From positions 188,604,001 to 188,668,000 of the forward strand of contig NC_042997.1 in the NCBI RefSeq assembly GCF_006345805.1: a stretch of 64,000 bases of DNA, read 5' to 3'. The notes under the pieces are model-generated. The model was given only the letters and a program-made list of their open reading frames with translations. It searched no databases and was not told where the DNA came from. The position numbers were made by a program, and so were the translations under genes. Below, piece after piece: positions 12,713 through 25,546 of the stretch (position 1 is its first letter; every line of letters begins with the position of its first letter). The DNA comes from Octopus sinensis (taxonomy: Eukaryota).

Positions 12713-13874
12713 AAAGAGTCAATGTATAAGGTTAGGTGGGCAAGGAGTGAGGGAAATGTCAGGAAAGGAAGTGAAGAGTGATGAGGAATAAGGAAGAGGC
12801 TACAGTGGAGATGAAAGAAGAGGGAGATGAATGCAAGGGTGGAAGAGAACCTGAAACAGAATAAAAAATGTGGGAGGAGGGGTGGTTGTCAGAGACTGAG
12901 AAAGAAAAGGATAGGGAAAAAGAGGAAAGAGAGTAAGAGGGAGTGTGTGATAGAGATGGGAGAGGGAGAGGGAATAGAGAGAGCCACGGCAGAAAGAATG
13001 AGGCCAAATGTATGTCAAGTTAAGACAGACTAGAAAGTAAATAAATACAAATAAGAAGAGAAAGAGTGGTCGGGTGAGAAGGGGGAAAACTGAGAAAAAC
13101 TAATACACAATAGAAGTAATTTTGTTGTCTGTCCCAGGGTAGGGAGTGAGAGACAGACAGACAGACAGAGAGAGAAGGAGGTGCAAAGAGGGGAAGGAAA
13201 AAAGCTGAGTTATTTACAGTTCTTATCTGTTTCCAGTTAAAAACAACAAAAAAATATTGAAAGAACAAATACAAATACAAAGTAAAACATGAATTAAATA
13301 GGAAATATTTTGTCTAATTGAACCCTTATCAAGAAGAGTAAATGAATGAGATGGGTTAATATGAAATTTTTTGCACAGAATTCTGAAAGAGGGGTGATAA
13401 TTAATAATTAGGAAAAAAAAAAGAAAAAAAAAGGACAAAAGAAACTATTTTATAAGAAAATAAGTACAGCTAAAGATATTCACATTGAAAAAAATAAGCT
13501 TTGTTTTGATATTTTTTATCATTTTTTAAAAATATATTTTACTTCAAAATAACAAAAACAAAAAAAAAAGTTTTTAATTTAAAAATAGAAATCACAGCAC
13601 ACATTTAACACCCTCCCTCCTTTTTTATGGGCAATTAATTGCATAGCTTTAAAACATCAATGAAGAATTTAAAGATGAAAATTAATATATTTAATTTATA
13701 TGCATATAGGGTTGTTTAATTTAACTGTGAAATTTGAGATGTCTTTCCTGCAGAAGCTTTTATCCACACAGAAATGATTAATGAGTTCAGCTAAAAGTAT
13801 TTCATGTTATCTCTGAAGATTAAAAGTTCATCTTTCCTTATTCAAGGTCCACAGAGATACAGAGTGGATTATAT

Positions 13875-14252
13875 ACGGGTGGTAAGACGTTTACTTCCCA
13901 AACACAGAGTTCCAGGTTCAGTCCTACTGCATGGTACTTTGGGCAGGTGTCTTCTACTATAGCCTCAGGCTAACCAAAGCCTTGTGAGTGGATATGATAG
14001 AGTGGATATGATGAGAAACTGAAAGAAGCCCATTGTGTGTGTGTTTTTGTGTCCCTCACCACCACTTGACAATCAGTGTTGATTTGGTTATATCCCTGTA
14101 ACTCAGCATTTCAGCAAAAGACACTGATAGAATAAGTATTAGACTTAAGAAAAAAAATAGTGGAGTTGATTCGTTCAACTAAAAATTCGTTAAGGTGGTG
14201 TTCCAGTATGGCCAGAGCCTAATGTCTGAAACAAATAATAGATAAAAGATAA
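13875..14252 (+). mobile_element. Family A SINE (diverged)
   Basis: Colinear with 54057-54502; tail (GATAAAA)n. Confidence 0.8.
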
Positions 14253-14289
14253 AGGGCGTGCGCACGCGTGCATGCATATATATATATCT

Positions 14290-14731
14290 TTTCTACTATA
14301 AGCACAAAGACTAGAATTTGGTGGGGAAGGATATAGCCAATTTCATGAGCTGCAATGCTCAACTAGTCCTTATTTCATCAACCCCAAAAGGACAAAACGC
14401 AAAGTCAACCTAAGCATAATTTGAACTCAGAATGCAAAGACAGATAAAATTATGCTAAGCATTTTGTCCAGTGGGTTAACAATTCCTTTCTACTCTAGGC
14501 ACAAAGCCTGAAATCTTGGGGGAGGGAGCCAATCAATTAGATCGACCCCAGTACACGACTGGTACTTAATTTATCAACCCTGAAAGGACAAACGGCAAAG
14601 ACGACCTCGGTAGAATTTGAACTCAGAATGAAAAGACAGATGAAATATCACTAAGCATATCACCTGGCATGCTAATGTTTCTGCCAGCTCACCACCTTAG
14701 TGGGTTAACAATCCTGTCAGCTTCATGCCTT
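14290..14731 (-). mobile_element. Older family B SINE interrupted by a younger family B copy
   Basis: B body at 14290-14483 resumes after 14712 (CCTGTCAGCTTCATGCCTT). Confidence 0.75.
14484..14698 (-). mobile_element. Family B SINE, nested
   Basis: 14-bp TSD AGTGGGTTAACAAT at 14470-14483 and 14699-14712. Confidence 0.9.
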
Positions 14732-14732
14732 A

Positions 14733-14769
<37 letters not shown>

Positions 14770-14779
14770 TGCCTCGCCT

Positions 14780-15300
14780 TGTCTTTTCCTATCCTAATTG
14801 CTGAGGGTCAAGGACCATGGCCGCAGGAACCATTTCTCCCCTATCTCTCCAGATTTCCTCTAGCTATGGTTGTGCATTCAGTCAGAAGTCTTCCAGTTCA
14901 TTCTTTGAAATCATCCAGCCAATATCTTCGTGGTCACCCCATTTTGCATTTCCCATTGGCTCTTCCCCCAAGGATGAGAGTGCTAACCTTCAAGGTCCTG
15001 TAAGCATTCCCAAAATACAGCAGCTTCCTGATAGTTGCTGAAAATTCTTTTTCTCTTCCCATTTCCTCAAGTACTGGCTCATTTGTTCGATGGTCAGTCC
15101 AATTGATCATCTTTGAGTTTGATAGTGTCATTTGCTCAGAGAGTTCAGCTTTCACATCCATACAGAGCAACAGGACAAACTATTTAATTCAATGTTCTTG
15201 TTAGGAGTTCTGTAGTTCCTGATTGTACTGAGTGACATTTATGGCTGATCTCGCTGCTCTGAGCTTTTAGTTCAAGGCCTCCATCTCCTCATTATTTGAT
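14780..15300 (-). pseudogene. RTE-clade LINE 3' fragment
   Basis: INWTDHRTNEPVLEEMG..IRKLLYFGN..LILGGRANGK fits the RTE IxWxxxxTNExVL..LxYFGH..LILxG C-terminus. Confidence 0.8.
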
Positions 15301-15379
15301 AGCATAGACAAATATAATATACATGTGCATGCATGTGTGCATGCTTTAGTCACAGGCATGGCTGTGTAGTTAAGATGCA

Positions 15380-15563
15380 TGCTTCCCAACTAAAAAATCT
15401 CTTCCTCAAACTTTTGAGTCAGGAGCCTACAATTTTACATACACCAATAGTTTGGCACTTAAAAGTTCACAATTATATAACTAACTCCCAAAACATGTCA
15501 GAAACAGCAAACTCCTCTGAGACATTTAAAATATACCTAGATACATTTCTCAAAAATAAATAG
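15380..15563 (+). pseudogene. CR1/L2-type LINE extreme 3' ORF fragment
   Basis: ..ANSSETFKIYLDTFL resembles the NxLP..AxSxxxFKxxLDxFL C-terminus. Confidence 0.55.
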
Positions 15564-15829
15564 AGGACTTTAATAAAAAGTGAAAAAAGATATACGTATT
15601 CAGTCCTCCAATTGGATCATAGTGTTACTTTAGTAATGTATATTATGTACTGATAATACGATACTCAGTGAAGTAGTGTAGTTATAAATTTTATGTATTG
15701 TGTGATCAAATATTAAAAAAAAAAAACTTCCCTATAGTTTCAAAATATAAATAGCTAATAGATAAAACTATGTCTTTACACAAAGATTTTTTTTTATAAT
15801 TAAAAAGCATCTTGAAAGACAAAAGAATG

Positions 15830-16261
15830 GGATCTTTTCGGTTTGAACAGCAGTTTTTTCTAGCAGTGTCATATGAAATTGTCACCCATAATTATGACCT
15901 TAGAATCGATCTATTGCATTTCAATCTCTTTTAGGGTTAGGGTTAGTTAGGGTTAGGTTTAGGGGTGGGGGAAGGGTATCTTTTTTTCTTCACAAATGTA
16001 AATAAACCCAATCTGTTTCTTAAACGAGGGACATATTCATAAGGCACAGAATGCTTTTTAACTCAATAGACGTCAGTGATTGGTTGAAATTGCAGAAATT
16101 GAAGAAGAAAAACAACAAATATCTTACAAACTATAGAATTTTCTCAATAAAGCCAAGAGAAAAAGATGTTTTATAAACACATTCTACCAGTATACGAAGT
16201 TTAAAATTTTTTAGTTACCTAGAAATTATGTTAAAAACTGCCGTTCAAACCGAAAAGATCC
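15830..16261. mobile_element. Non-autonomous DNA transposon (MITE), GG-terminal TIRs, 8-bp TSD, Merlin-like
   Basis: TIR GGATCTTTTCGGTTTGAACAGCAGTTTTT / AAAAACTGCCGTTCAAACCGAAAAGATCC (one mismatch); TSD AAAGAATG at 15822-15829 and 16262-16269. Confidence 0.9.
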
Positions 16262-17619
16262 AAAGAATGTACTAGAAAGTTTGAGGTAGGAAAAGCCAGC
16301 ATATCAAACTTAATTTTTTCCATTGACTATGACAGAAGTTATCTTACTGGTAAAGATTTAAGATATAATAAGTACAAACACCGTACTGAATGAAGACGTT
16401 CTGCCAATAAAATAATCCATATGTATTTATACCAAGGAATTACAGTTGATAAATCATTAACTACATGTGAGCTAAAACTGTAGATATCTGTCATTGTGAT
16501 AACATTAACAGAAAAAAATAGCTGTGCAGATTTTAGTGAATAAACTATCCAAGCTAATCCTAATGTGTTGACTGAATATTTTAAGCCAATAATGATAATC
16601 ATTATTGCAATGGCAATGATTGCTTTCACAGATATTTTTAGCCAATAAAATAAAACACAAATTAGTATTTTACAAACAATTTTACCACCACATTTCTTTA
16701 TTTCTTTTTTCTCCTTTCTCTCTTTCCTCTCTCTCTCTCTCTCACACACACACTTTTAGACAAGAATAATTAAAAGATAATCTTTTGGTATCCTCTTGCA
16801 GTAAATGTCCCTAAAGTGATTTCATTTGATTTTTGGGTAGTTTAAACTTGAGAATTAAAGCATTTAAGACAGTTAGTCACACAGCAAAACAAATACATTT
16901 GAGCTCAAAATTATTGTTAAATGGTAGTCTGAGTAGATGAAGATTGACCACAAGACTAATAGAGTGAAATGTAACATTAGAGAGCAGTGAGCAGTGCTAA
17001 AAAAAGAATGACCAAAGACACAACAAAAGGAAGTCATATTACAACCTATTCTACTACAAACAGTATTGAAATTGAATATAAAAGCTTAGATGACAACAAC
17101 AATGACAAAGATGATAGTGATAAAAAGAGATCACACAAGCCTGCTGCTTACAGCAGGTCTGAAGTGGGATCTATCTTTAGATTTGGACACTAGCAACTAT
17201 AGTAACGCATTAACACTTTGGAAAAAAAAAATGTTTAATGTTGTTTCCAAAGCCAAACAGAAAAATCTGTTCTGGATCAATTTACTTTCTATTTGCAGTT
17301 AAAAGTAAACATCTTCACACAACCACTATATGATAATTGATGGTGTCTGTGTGTACATATATTTACACAGCCACATGCATGCGTGCGTGCATACACACAC
17401 ACACACACACACAAATCTGACAGACTGCAGCACTACATAATTCGCATAATGAAAATATTGCATAAAGTGAAACTATATGCTGGGTGATATATGCAAATGA
17501 GTGGTACTGGGTGTGCTGTCAACAAAAGCCTTTCATTCTCTCAGATAAATTTTTCTGTTTTTCTTTCTCGTTTCACAATCAATAACATGAATTCTTGGAG
17601 TAAATATTTTTTATGGCTG

Positions 17620-17870
17620 ACTTATCCTAATGTGAAGAATTCAGTTTTGAAATAGGTGGGCTTATATATTTTCAGCAAGATCCAATAATATGCTTCGCCT
17701 GAGAGAAGAATGCAATATTTAAATTTTGACCTCACAACCTTCATGTCAAAGGCTAACCAACAATGTACTTTTATATATGAACAGAATAGTTCCAGGAGAT
17801 TTCATGTGAGAATAGAAACTTTTGATATAATCAAAATTGAGCCAGCATGTAAAGAAAACAACCATCCTGA
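17620..17870 (+). pseudogene. Possible Tc1/mariner transposase C-terminal relic
   Basis: ..FQQD.., FDLTT (SPDLNP-like) and SRRFHVRIET appear in transposase order; heavily decayed. Confidence 0.35.
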
Positions 17871-18042
17871 TTTTCAAGGAAATCATAGTTAGAAATTATG
17901 ATGTCCATAATTTTAACCAATTCTCACACTTTAGTGACAAAACTTCTACCTATCTGATACAGTGCACCAATCTCTGTCACTTTTAAACTTGCACAGCTAC
18001 CAATGATTTCAGTAACTCATATGACTATATAACTTTACCACT

Positions 18043-18268
18043 ATCATCATCATCATCATCGTTTAACGTCCGCTTTCCATGCTAGCATGGGTTGGACGAT
18101 TTGACTGAGGACTGGCAAACCAGATGGCTGCACCAGGCTCCAATCTTGATTTGGCAGAGTTTCTACAGCTTGATGCCCTTCCTAACGCCAACCACTCCGA
18201 GAGTGTAGTGGGTGCTTTTACGTGCCACCGGCACAAGGGCCAGTCAGGCAGTAGTGGCAGCGGTCACT
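18043..18268 (-). mobile_element. Family C element
   Basis: Closely matches 23309-23537; (CAT)n tail. Confidence 0.9.
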
Positions 18269-19957
18269 GAAAATTATTTTTTAATTTTTTTATCTATCAC
18301 ATTAAAAAAATATTCTGCCCCTTGAACACTGACTTTTCATACACACCAATATGAGAGAATATCTATGCAGTCAAATCTTCCTAAATTCACACCCTAACAT
18401 TTTTTTCTAATGAGGAAACACTGGATAATATAGACGTAGATACACTAGGGATGATAAAAAACATAAAGCAATGGTTTTTTTTTTATTATTATAGATCTGT
18501 TCAATCAGCCAAACAACAACCAATTGATCAGAGGTTTAGTAACTCTATACAGGTTATACCAGTCTACAAACTAGCTTCATGACTAAGTTTAATGAAACTC
18601 TCTCAGCACATACTACATACAATATTCATTAGGACATCTACTTCCAAATGTTCAACAGCCAAGAATCCATTATATCAAAATGGTCTATATAAAAAAATAT
18701 ATATAATAAATTGGAAATTTTGTCCACTAACATTAGCAACTAGCCCTTTATTTATATCCAAAATTGCTACAAAGAGGCCATGCAAGAATTAAAGGTCCAT
18801 TTATTCAGTGCATTATGGAAAACAAGACTTTCTTCTGTGACATCCAATAAAAATGAGGTTGTGATTAAAAATGTTAATTAAATGTTTCACTGAAATTGAT
18901 ATTTCTCTACCATAAATCTGCTGAAACAGTAGATATGGTCACTTTACAACTGCAATTACAACTTTAATTCTTTGCCTATTGTGATTTTAACAACTACTTT
19001 CTATTGTCCAGTCACACGTTTACTACTCCAAATTTACAATTTCAGCCATATCTTTGATCTGAGAGGGTATCATGTAATAACATGATATCCTTTTCACACA
19101 CAATGATCTTTAAAAAATTAATTAAAGATATTAATAAAGTAGCAAAAATATACATTTAAAGGGGAAAAATTATTTATTGAGACAATAGCTCAATGGTAAG
19201 AAAATGAAAAGGAACCATCAGAGTATGTACAAATCTAATGATAATCCTCAAATTTGTTTCTTGTTATAAAGTTAACAAAATAGTTAGAGCGTAGCTATCT
19301 ATTTGAAAATCAATATTTATATATTTATTATGCATCCATTCCTTTGTATTTATTTTTACAAGCACAAACATTGACAAAATACTTCGTTTTTCTGGATTGC
19401 ATTAAAATAATAAATTATTTAACTACAAAATCAAATGATATAACAAAGCTCTTTACTCTTAAGACCAGCTTGATAAGCATGCACTTCTATAACAGTTTTT
19501 TTTATATATACAAGTAGTTAATGCATTTGTCAAGACTCAAATCAGATGTTCAATTTGTAGATTTTCAATTATAATTACATAGGATTTATTCAAAAGGAGG
19601 CAGACACCACATGGAACAAAAGAAGACAAGGAAATAATTCATATCTAACTTGTGTCATAGTTTGGGATGTATAAATGTAACATTCAAAAATATGCGTACA
19701 ATTGTTTTCAATTGAAGCTGAAATATCAAATAGCTTCCCTCTCTTCTAAGTAACTAAAGGTTCTCAAAATTAAATTGCTTTTTTAAAAGTAGCTTTTGAA
19801 ATATTTAAAATATACTGACACTACAAAAGGTTACTAGGAAAGAAAAAGATTAAGAAAAATAGAATATATTGAGTAATTAAGATTTAAGGATACTATTTAG
19901 TGATATACATAGTATAAATGGGAAAAATTAACTCCGTATAAATTCTCTAAATGTGAT

Positions 19958-20345
19958 ATCATCATTGTTTTAGCATTCACTTTTCCATGCTGGCATGGAA
20001 GGGTTTTTTTTTTTAATAACTATTTTAACGGCTGAATGCTCTTCCTGTTGAGAAAACCTTGTTTCCAAGTGTTGTAATATAATATTTTCCTTAGTTTTTA
20101 AAACAATGAACAGTGTAATGGCCAGGCAAGCCTTCATGAAAGATTGTGAACAATGACACGATATGGACAATGACTCCATCTTTAAATTGTACCAACATCA
20201 TCATAAGAACACACACACGCCAAACCTCTTACAGCTTCTATCTACCAATTCTTCTCCAAGGCATTGGTTAACTCCAAGCCAAAATAGAAGACACCTGCCC
20301 ACAGTTACATGCAGTGAGAATGAACTCTAAACCATGCTTGCACCT
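19958..20345 (-). mobile_element. Hybrid A-head/C-tail SINE (old)
   Basis: C-type tail TTTTCCATGCTGGCATGG; A-type head GAAGACACCTGCCC..GCAGTGAGAATGAAC. Confidence 0.55.
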
Positions 20346-22691
20346 GATACAGCTATGCTTGCACACAGCCTTGCTTGCACCTGATATATTTGAAAGATAA
20401 TTAGGTTCACTCAGCCTCTTTCAACAAGAGAAAAGGTGAATTAAAAATTCAAGCAAATTTCTAATATGATACTAGTAGTAATAGTAGTTAGTTGTTGCTG
20501 TACTGATGACACAACAATGGATATATGAAACAGTTAATGAATTCACACAAAATAATCTGTATCTGAAGCTGGTGCTTGTTAAAAGCTTATCATGGAATGA
20601 TGAATGGAAAATGAATGACGTCCCTAAAAAGGTACGTGTGCAAGAAAGAGAGAGAGTAAGAGAAGTTTATAAAGATTTCTTTTGGGCAAGTACAGGGTCT
20701 TTTTTATTTTTATTTTCCTGAAAGGATATAGCAGATATAAATTAATTGTTATGTTACTGATAAAAGTTTGACATTAGAGCAGCAATTCTCAGGGATATAC
20801 CAGCACCACCATCCCCCAACCTATAACACACACACACTTACACACAAGAAATATGAATGAAAGTTTTTGGCACCTTTCGTCCCCTTTGTTAATAAAACAA
20901 CAAAATAGATTTTGCACCCTACATAATTCATCTTTCTCCACCAAAGTGTTTGATAAATTTAAAACCTTGGAACCCACCTTAATTTTATTAAGCCTGGCAA
21001 ATCATCTGCCCATTTTCCAACCCCTACAGCCCCCACTCATACCTATGAAACACACAGCATTAGAAGTACAAGCTATAAAGCCTCCTACCCACTGGAATCT
21101 TAGGCATGGAGCATTACATTTCTAAAAGGAAGTACATAGTTAACAGATTTGATTCTAGTCAAAATCAGAAGTACAGGAGAAGACAACACTTTTCATACTA
21201 ACTTACCTGAAACTACTTCTGACTCTATCCATGATACTAGAATTCAATGCTCATATCTAAATTGCAGTAGTTCCTTTATTATTTGATGTAAGAACCTTTT
21301 GATACGATATGTTCTAAAGACCAGCTTTATAATGACTAAGTTATTTTCCTAAATCCTCAATTATTCAAAAAAATTAATTGAGACACAGAGCCAATGTATT
21401 TCAATAGAAATATAGTCACAAAAGAATTAAGTATTTAGTGTGTTTAAATTCAGAAATGTGAGGTGAAAATTTGAAAGAATATAAATACTTTGTCGGCTCT
21501 CTTTGCTTTCTGCCAACTCTATTGACTTCAGTTTACATAAATATTAAATGAATTGGATTCTTCAGGGAAATCAGGGAAATATTAGATGAATGAGTAAAAC
21601 AGAGATGCTTTAAGTCTGTCAATGACCGAGATGTTGCAGAATTGTCAATTTTTCTTTTGGCCATTACAGGCTAAAGCAATTACAGGTTGAATTCATTTGA
21701 AAACATCTTGAAAATACTGACCATCAACAATGTTGAAGGATTTAACAGATCAATAGCATTTGAATGCTGCTCCTTAAAAGCAGGAATGGAATTTGAGTAG
21801 TTTAGAAGATGAAAAGATTTGAAGTAATATGAATTGCTTTAGATACTGGAAACCTAGTGGAAGGCATTCTTGTTAGCATTTAGAGTTCTAAGTAGTGTTT
21901 GGCAGCTAGCAATTAAGAAGATTCTATCTAGAAAGCAAAACTAAAGTAAACTGAAAGGTAATATGAGGTACAATAATTCTTTATCTTTATTTGTTTATTC
22001 AACGATTTCAAAAAATAGCAAAAATTATTTTTAAAAAAAAACAGAGAATGGTTGCCAATTATCAGGAAGTTGGGTTAACTAACATTAGGTTTAATATCAT
22101 GTAGAGTAATTGCCCAGCAAAAAAAGTATTCTATACTAAGAATTGCCTAAAACATTTCATTTCTATGAATTCTTTACAAGTTCAATTGTTTATATGCATT
22201 AAGTGCTTTTATCATGATATTAGCATGGATATGTAGATTGTTTTCTTGGGTTAGTGAATACTTTTAGTATTGCAGAAATATTATAGCTTTGATATGTATA
22301 TGAGGTAATAGAAGTATAGTAAATGGCATGTTATTAATCAGTGTCTCAGACCTGCAGTTTCAAACTAATCCTTAATGAAGATAATCTACAGATCATAGAT
22401 TATATCAATTAGACTATGCTAAAGGATAATATAATTAAACTCACAACTGAATTGGATTAGATAATAGATATCTTAAAATAATGAAACAGGATTTTGTAAA
22501 AGCAATTTACTTAAAAATTTTATAATTTCGGTAGTATGTATTTAGAGTAAATAGATTTATGCCAAAAAAACTTTCTATAAGATAGATTAAATTAGTTTGA
22601 AACTAAATCTTGTGCAGCTAAAACTTCTAAAATTAATTTGTTGGATCATAAAAGGAATTTTTTACTATTGAAATGATTATTTATACATACA

Positions 22692-22752
<61 letters not shown>

Positions 22753-23093
22753 GTCTGTATAAACACACACATATACATACATACACATATATATATTATA
22801 TACACACATATATATGCATACTCACATGCACATAGAAACTAAAATGTAAAGACAGGGATATATTATTCAGAATAATAATAATATAAATAATAATTTTTAA
22901 GACAGGAACAAAATTAGAAATCCGGGTGAAGAGGTTAATCAATAAAACTGACCCTGTACTTGACTGGTTCTTTATTTTATTAAACCCACATTTGAACCCA
23001 GAATACAAAAAGGCTAGAGTAAATTCTGGAAGATATTTTTTCTTATACTCAAACAATTTTGCCACCTTAACACCACAATAATTAATAATAACC

Positions 23094-23306
23094 CTTTCCT
23101 GCTAAAGGCACAAGGCCTGATATTTCGGAAGAGGGAACTAGTCGATTATGTTGACCCCAGTGTTTCACTGGTACTTAATTTATCGACCCTGAAAGGATGA
23201 AAGGCAAAGCCGACCATGGCAATACTTGAACTCAAAACATAAAGATGGATGGAATGCAGTTAAGTATTTTGCTCAGCATGCTGATGATCCAACCAGCTTG
23301 CAACCT
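23094..23306 (-). mobile_element. Family B SINE
   Basis: GACCCCAGT..CTGGTACTTAATTTATCGACCCTGAAAGGATGAAAGGCAAAG. Confidence 0.85.
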
Positions 23307-23308
23307 TA

Positions 23309-23536
23309 ATCATCATCATCATGGTTTAACGTCCACTTTCCATGCTAGCATGGGTTGGACGATTTGACTGAGGTCTGGCGAACCAGATGGCTGCACCAGA
23401 CTCCAGTCTGATCTGGCAGAGTTTCTACAGCTTGATGCCCTTCCTAACGCCAACCACTCTGAGAGTGTAGTGGGTGCTTTTACATGCCACCGGTACAAGG
23501 GCCAGTCAGGCGGTACTGGCAACGGGCACGCTCAGA

Positions 23537-23537
<1 letters not shown>
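23309..23537 (-). mobile_element. Family C element
   Basis: Closely matches 18043-18268. Confidence 0.9.
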
Positions 23538-23575
<38 letters not shown>

Positions 23576-23759
23576 TGCTTGTGTGTGTATTCCCAGTTAG
23601 TTTACTGTCAAGAGAATAAGTTGTTTTCACACCATCAGCAATCACACCAACAAAGACTCACAACTAAATAACTGTAGAATAGTATGTGTTGTACAGAAAT
23701 ATATAAAGAACAATATCAGGTAATGAGTGAGAAAAGCTGAAGAGGTCTGCCAATGTTCT

Positions 23760-24175
23760 GCAATGTCATAAGAAGGAAATTAAGCATGATAGCTTAGACT
23801 TTCTATCCTTGAGGCTAATAAGAAAGAGTCATAGAAATGATACTAGCAGAATGAAAATAGCTGTGAGAAAGTGGGGTTACCCATACTGAAACTGAAAGCT
23901 GTACAGTCAAAAGTAAGATGAAGGGTATGAAAGCAAAAAAAGCAGCTGGGCTATCAGAATAGTTGAAAATCTCAGCTAAGTAAAGCACAGATTATTCACT
24001 TACATAGTCATTAGTAGTATAGAAACATTCTATACCCAATGACTGGTATAACAGCCGCATCATCTACAAGGGTTAAGAAGATGCTCTAGAAAGAAACAGC
24101 TATAGGGGCATAAAACTGATGGACTAAATAATGAAAGTGATGAAATGCAGTTCAGCTTTGCACAAGGAGATGGTA
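23760..24175 (+). pseudogene. RTE-clade reverse transcriptase fragment
   Basis: MKAKKAAG, IPNDW, IYKG*EDALERNSYRGIKLM and DEMQFSF motifs in order, with stops and deletions. Confidence 0.8.
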
Positions 24176-25272
24176 TAAAAAACCCTCTTCCAAACATTGA
24201 GTTTTTAGAAAACAGTAAGTGGTTCCAAACAGGAACTGCTTTCTATAGTTTGGTGGTCACTAAGAACACTGATTCACATGAGTCATGCAGGCCATTAAAC
24301 GTGAGAAAAACATATATGCAATTGGAATATTATCATTACAACTATTATCATTGTTACTAAATAAACATAAAATAGACTAGATATGATAGAAACGAAAATA
24401 TAGATAAATGAATCATAACGGTGTTTGCAAAGGAGTTCAAACCATAATTAACGAAGTGGCTTTTTTGAAATATGTAACAATGGTCACAATATGGAAGACT
24501 TAGAAAGAGAACTCTTGAAGAAGAGTGTGAAAAATCGAGTATAGGTTTGCTCACCTCGTAGATAAACACACAAAAGTTTGGCTGCAAACAAAACTAAGAG
24601 AAGAAAAAAAAGCTTACAACAGAATTTTTTCTGTAAACATTTGAATTTTGAGTAAGAATTGAGTCACAGCCACTCTAAAGCTTAGTAAGAATAAACAAAC
24701 AGCTCTGAATACATAATTCACATTGTACCTATTTCCCTCCAAATATAATTTTTGGATTAGAAAAGCATACTGTGAATGCCTTTCTCTCTCTCTCTCTCTG
24801 ATTGGGGCAGGGAGGTGGGGGGGGGAGAAATTGAGGAAAATTTTCTGATTTGAAAACTTATCTGATTTCCATAAGGAAATAAAATTTAAATTAAAATTCA
24901 ATATTGTACTCTTGAGATCAATTTAGATCAAAATACACATATGCAACTGGACTGCTACTGCTACTACCACTACTAAATAAATAAATAAATAAATAACAAA
25001 AATTACAAAAATCAAGGCAAGACAGATGAATCGATTGCAATAATGTTCAGAAAGGAGTCCCAGCCATTATCAATGTGATACAGTGGATATAACATGGATA
25101 ACATAGAAGGTGATGGTTCAAATGAAAATTAAAAAAAAAAAATAATAAATGCCTCACTCACCCAGAAGATTTTGCACATACAATGTGGTTGTAATTAAAA
25201 CCAAAGAAAAAATGATTGGGTACATTTAATATTCTCTCTCTCTCTCTATATATATATATATACATATATATA

Positions 25273-25546
25273 TCATCATCATCATCGTTTAATGTCCGCT
25301 TTCCATGCTAGCATGGGTTGGACGGTTCAACTGGGGTCTGGGAAGCCAGAAGGCTGCACCAGGCCCAGTCTGATCTGGCAGTGTTTCTACAGCTGGATGC
25401 CCTTCCTAACGCCAACCACTCCGTGAGTGTAGTGGGTACTTTTTACATGCCAGACGAGGCTGGCAAACGGCCATGATCACAAGGCTGGCAAAAGGCCACG
25501 ATCACAAAGCTGGCAAACGGCCACGATCACAAGGCTGGCAAACGGC
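25273..25546 (-). mobile_element. Family C element ending in a 25-bp tandem array
   Basis: Standard C body, then AAGGCTGGCAAACGGCCACGATCAC about 3.6 times (25456-25546). Confidence 0.9.

Noticed and set aside
12326-12729. Hydrophobic poly-Leu/Ile and poly-Asn ORFs resembling membrane proteins
   Set aside because: Artefact of the (AAT)n tract.
15931-15965. Telomere or chromosome-fusion relic
   Set aside because: Short, single orientation and internal to a TIR element with a TSD.
16339-16749. Longest ORF (136 aa)
   Set aside because: Starts in a (GA)n repeat, has AT-rich codons and no recognisable domain or splice support.
21640-21960. Possible RTE 3' relic (RMPSTRFP, minus strand)
   Set aside because: Single motif, too decayed to support a feature.
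25456-25546. CRISPR-like direct repeats
   Set aside because: Head-to-tail units with no spacers, in eukaryotic DNA, inside a retroposon.
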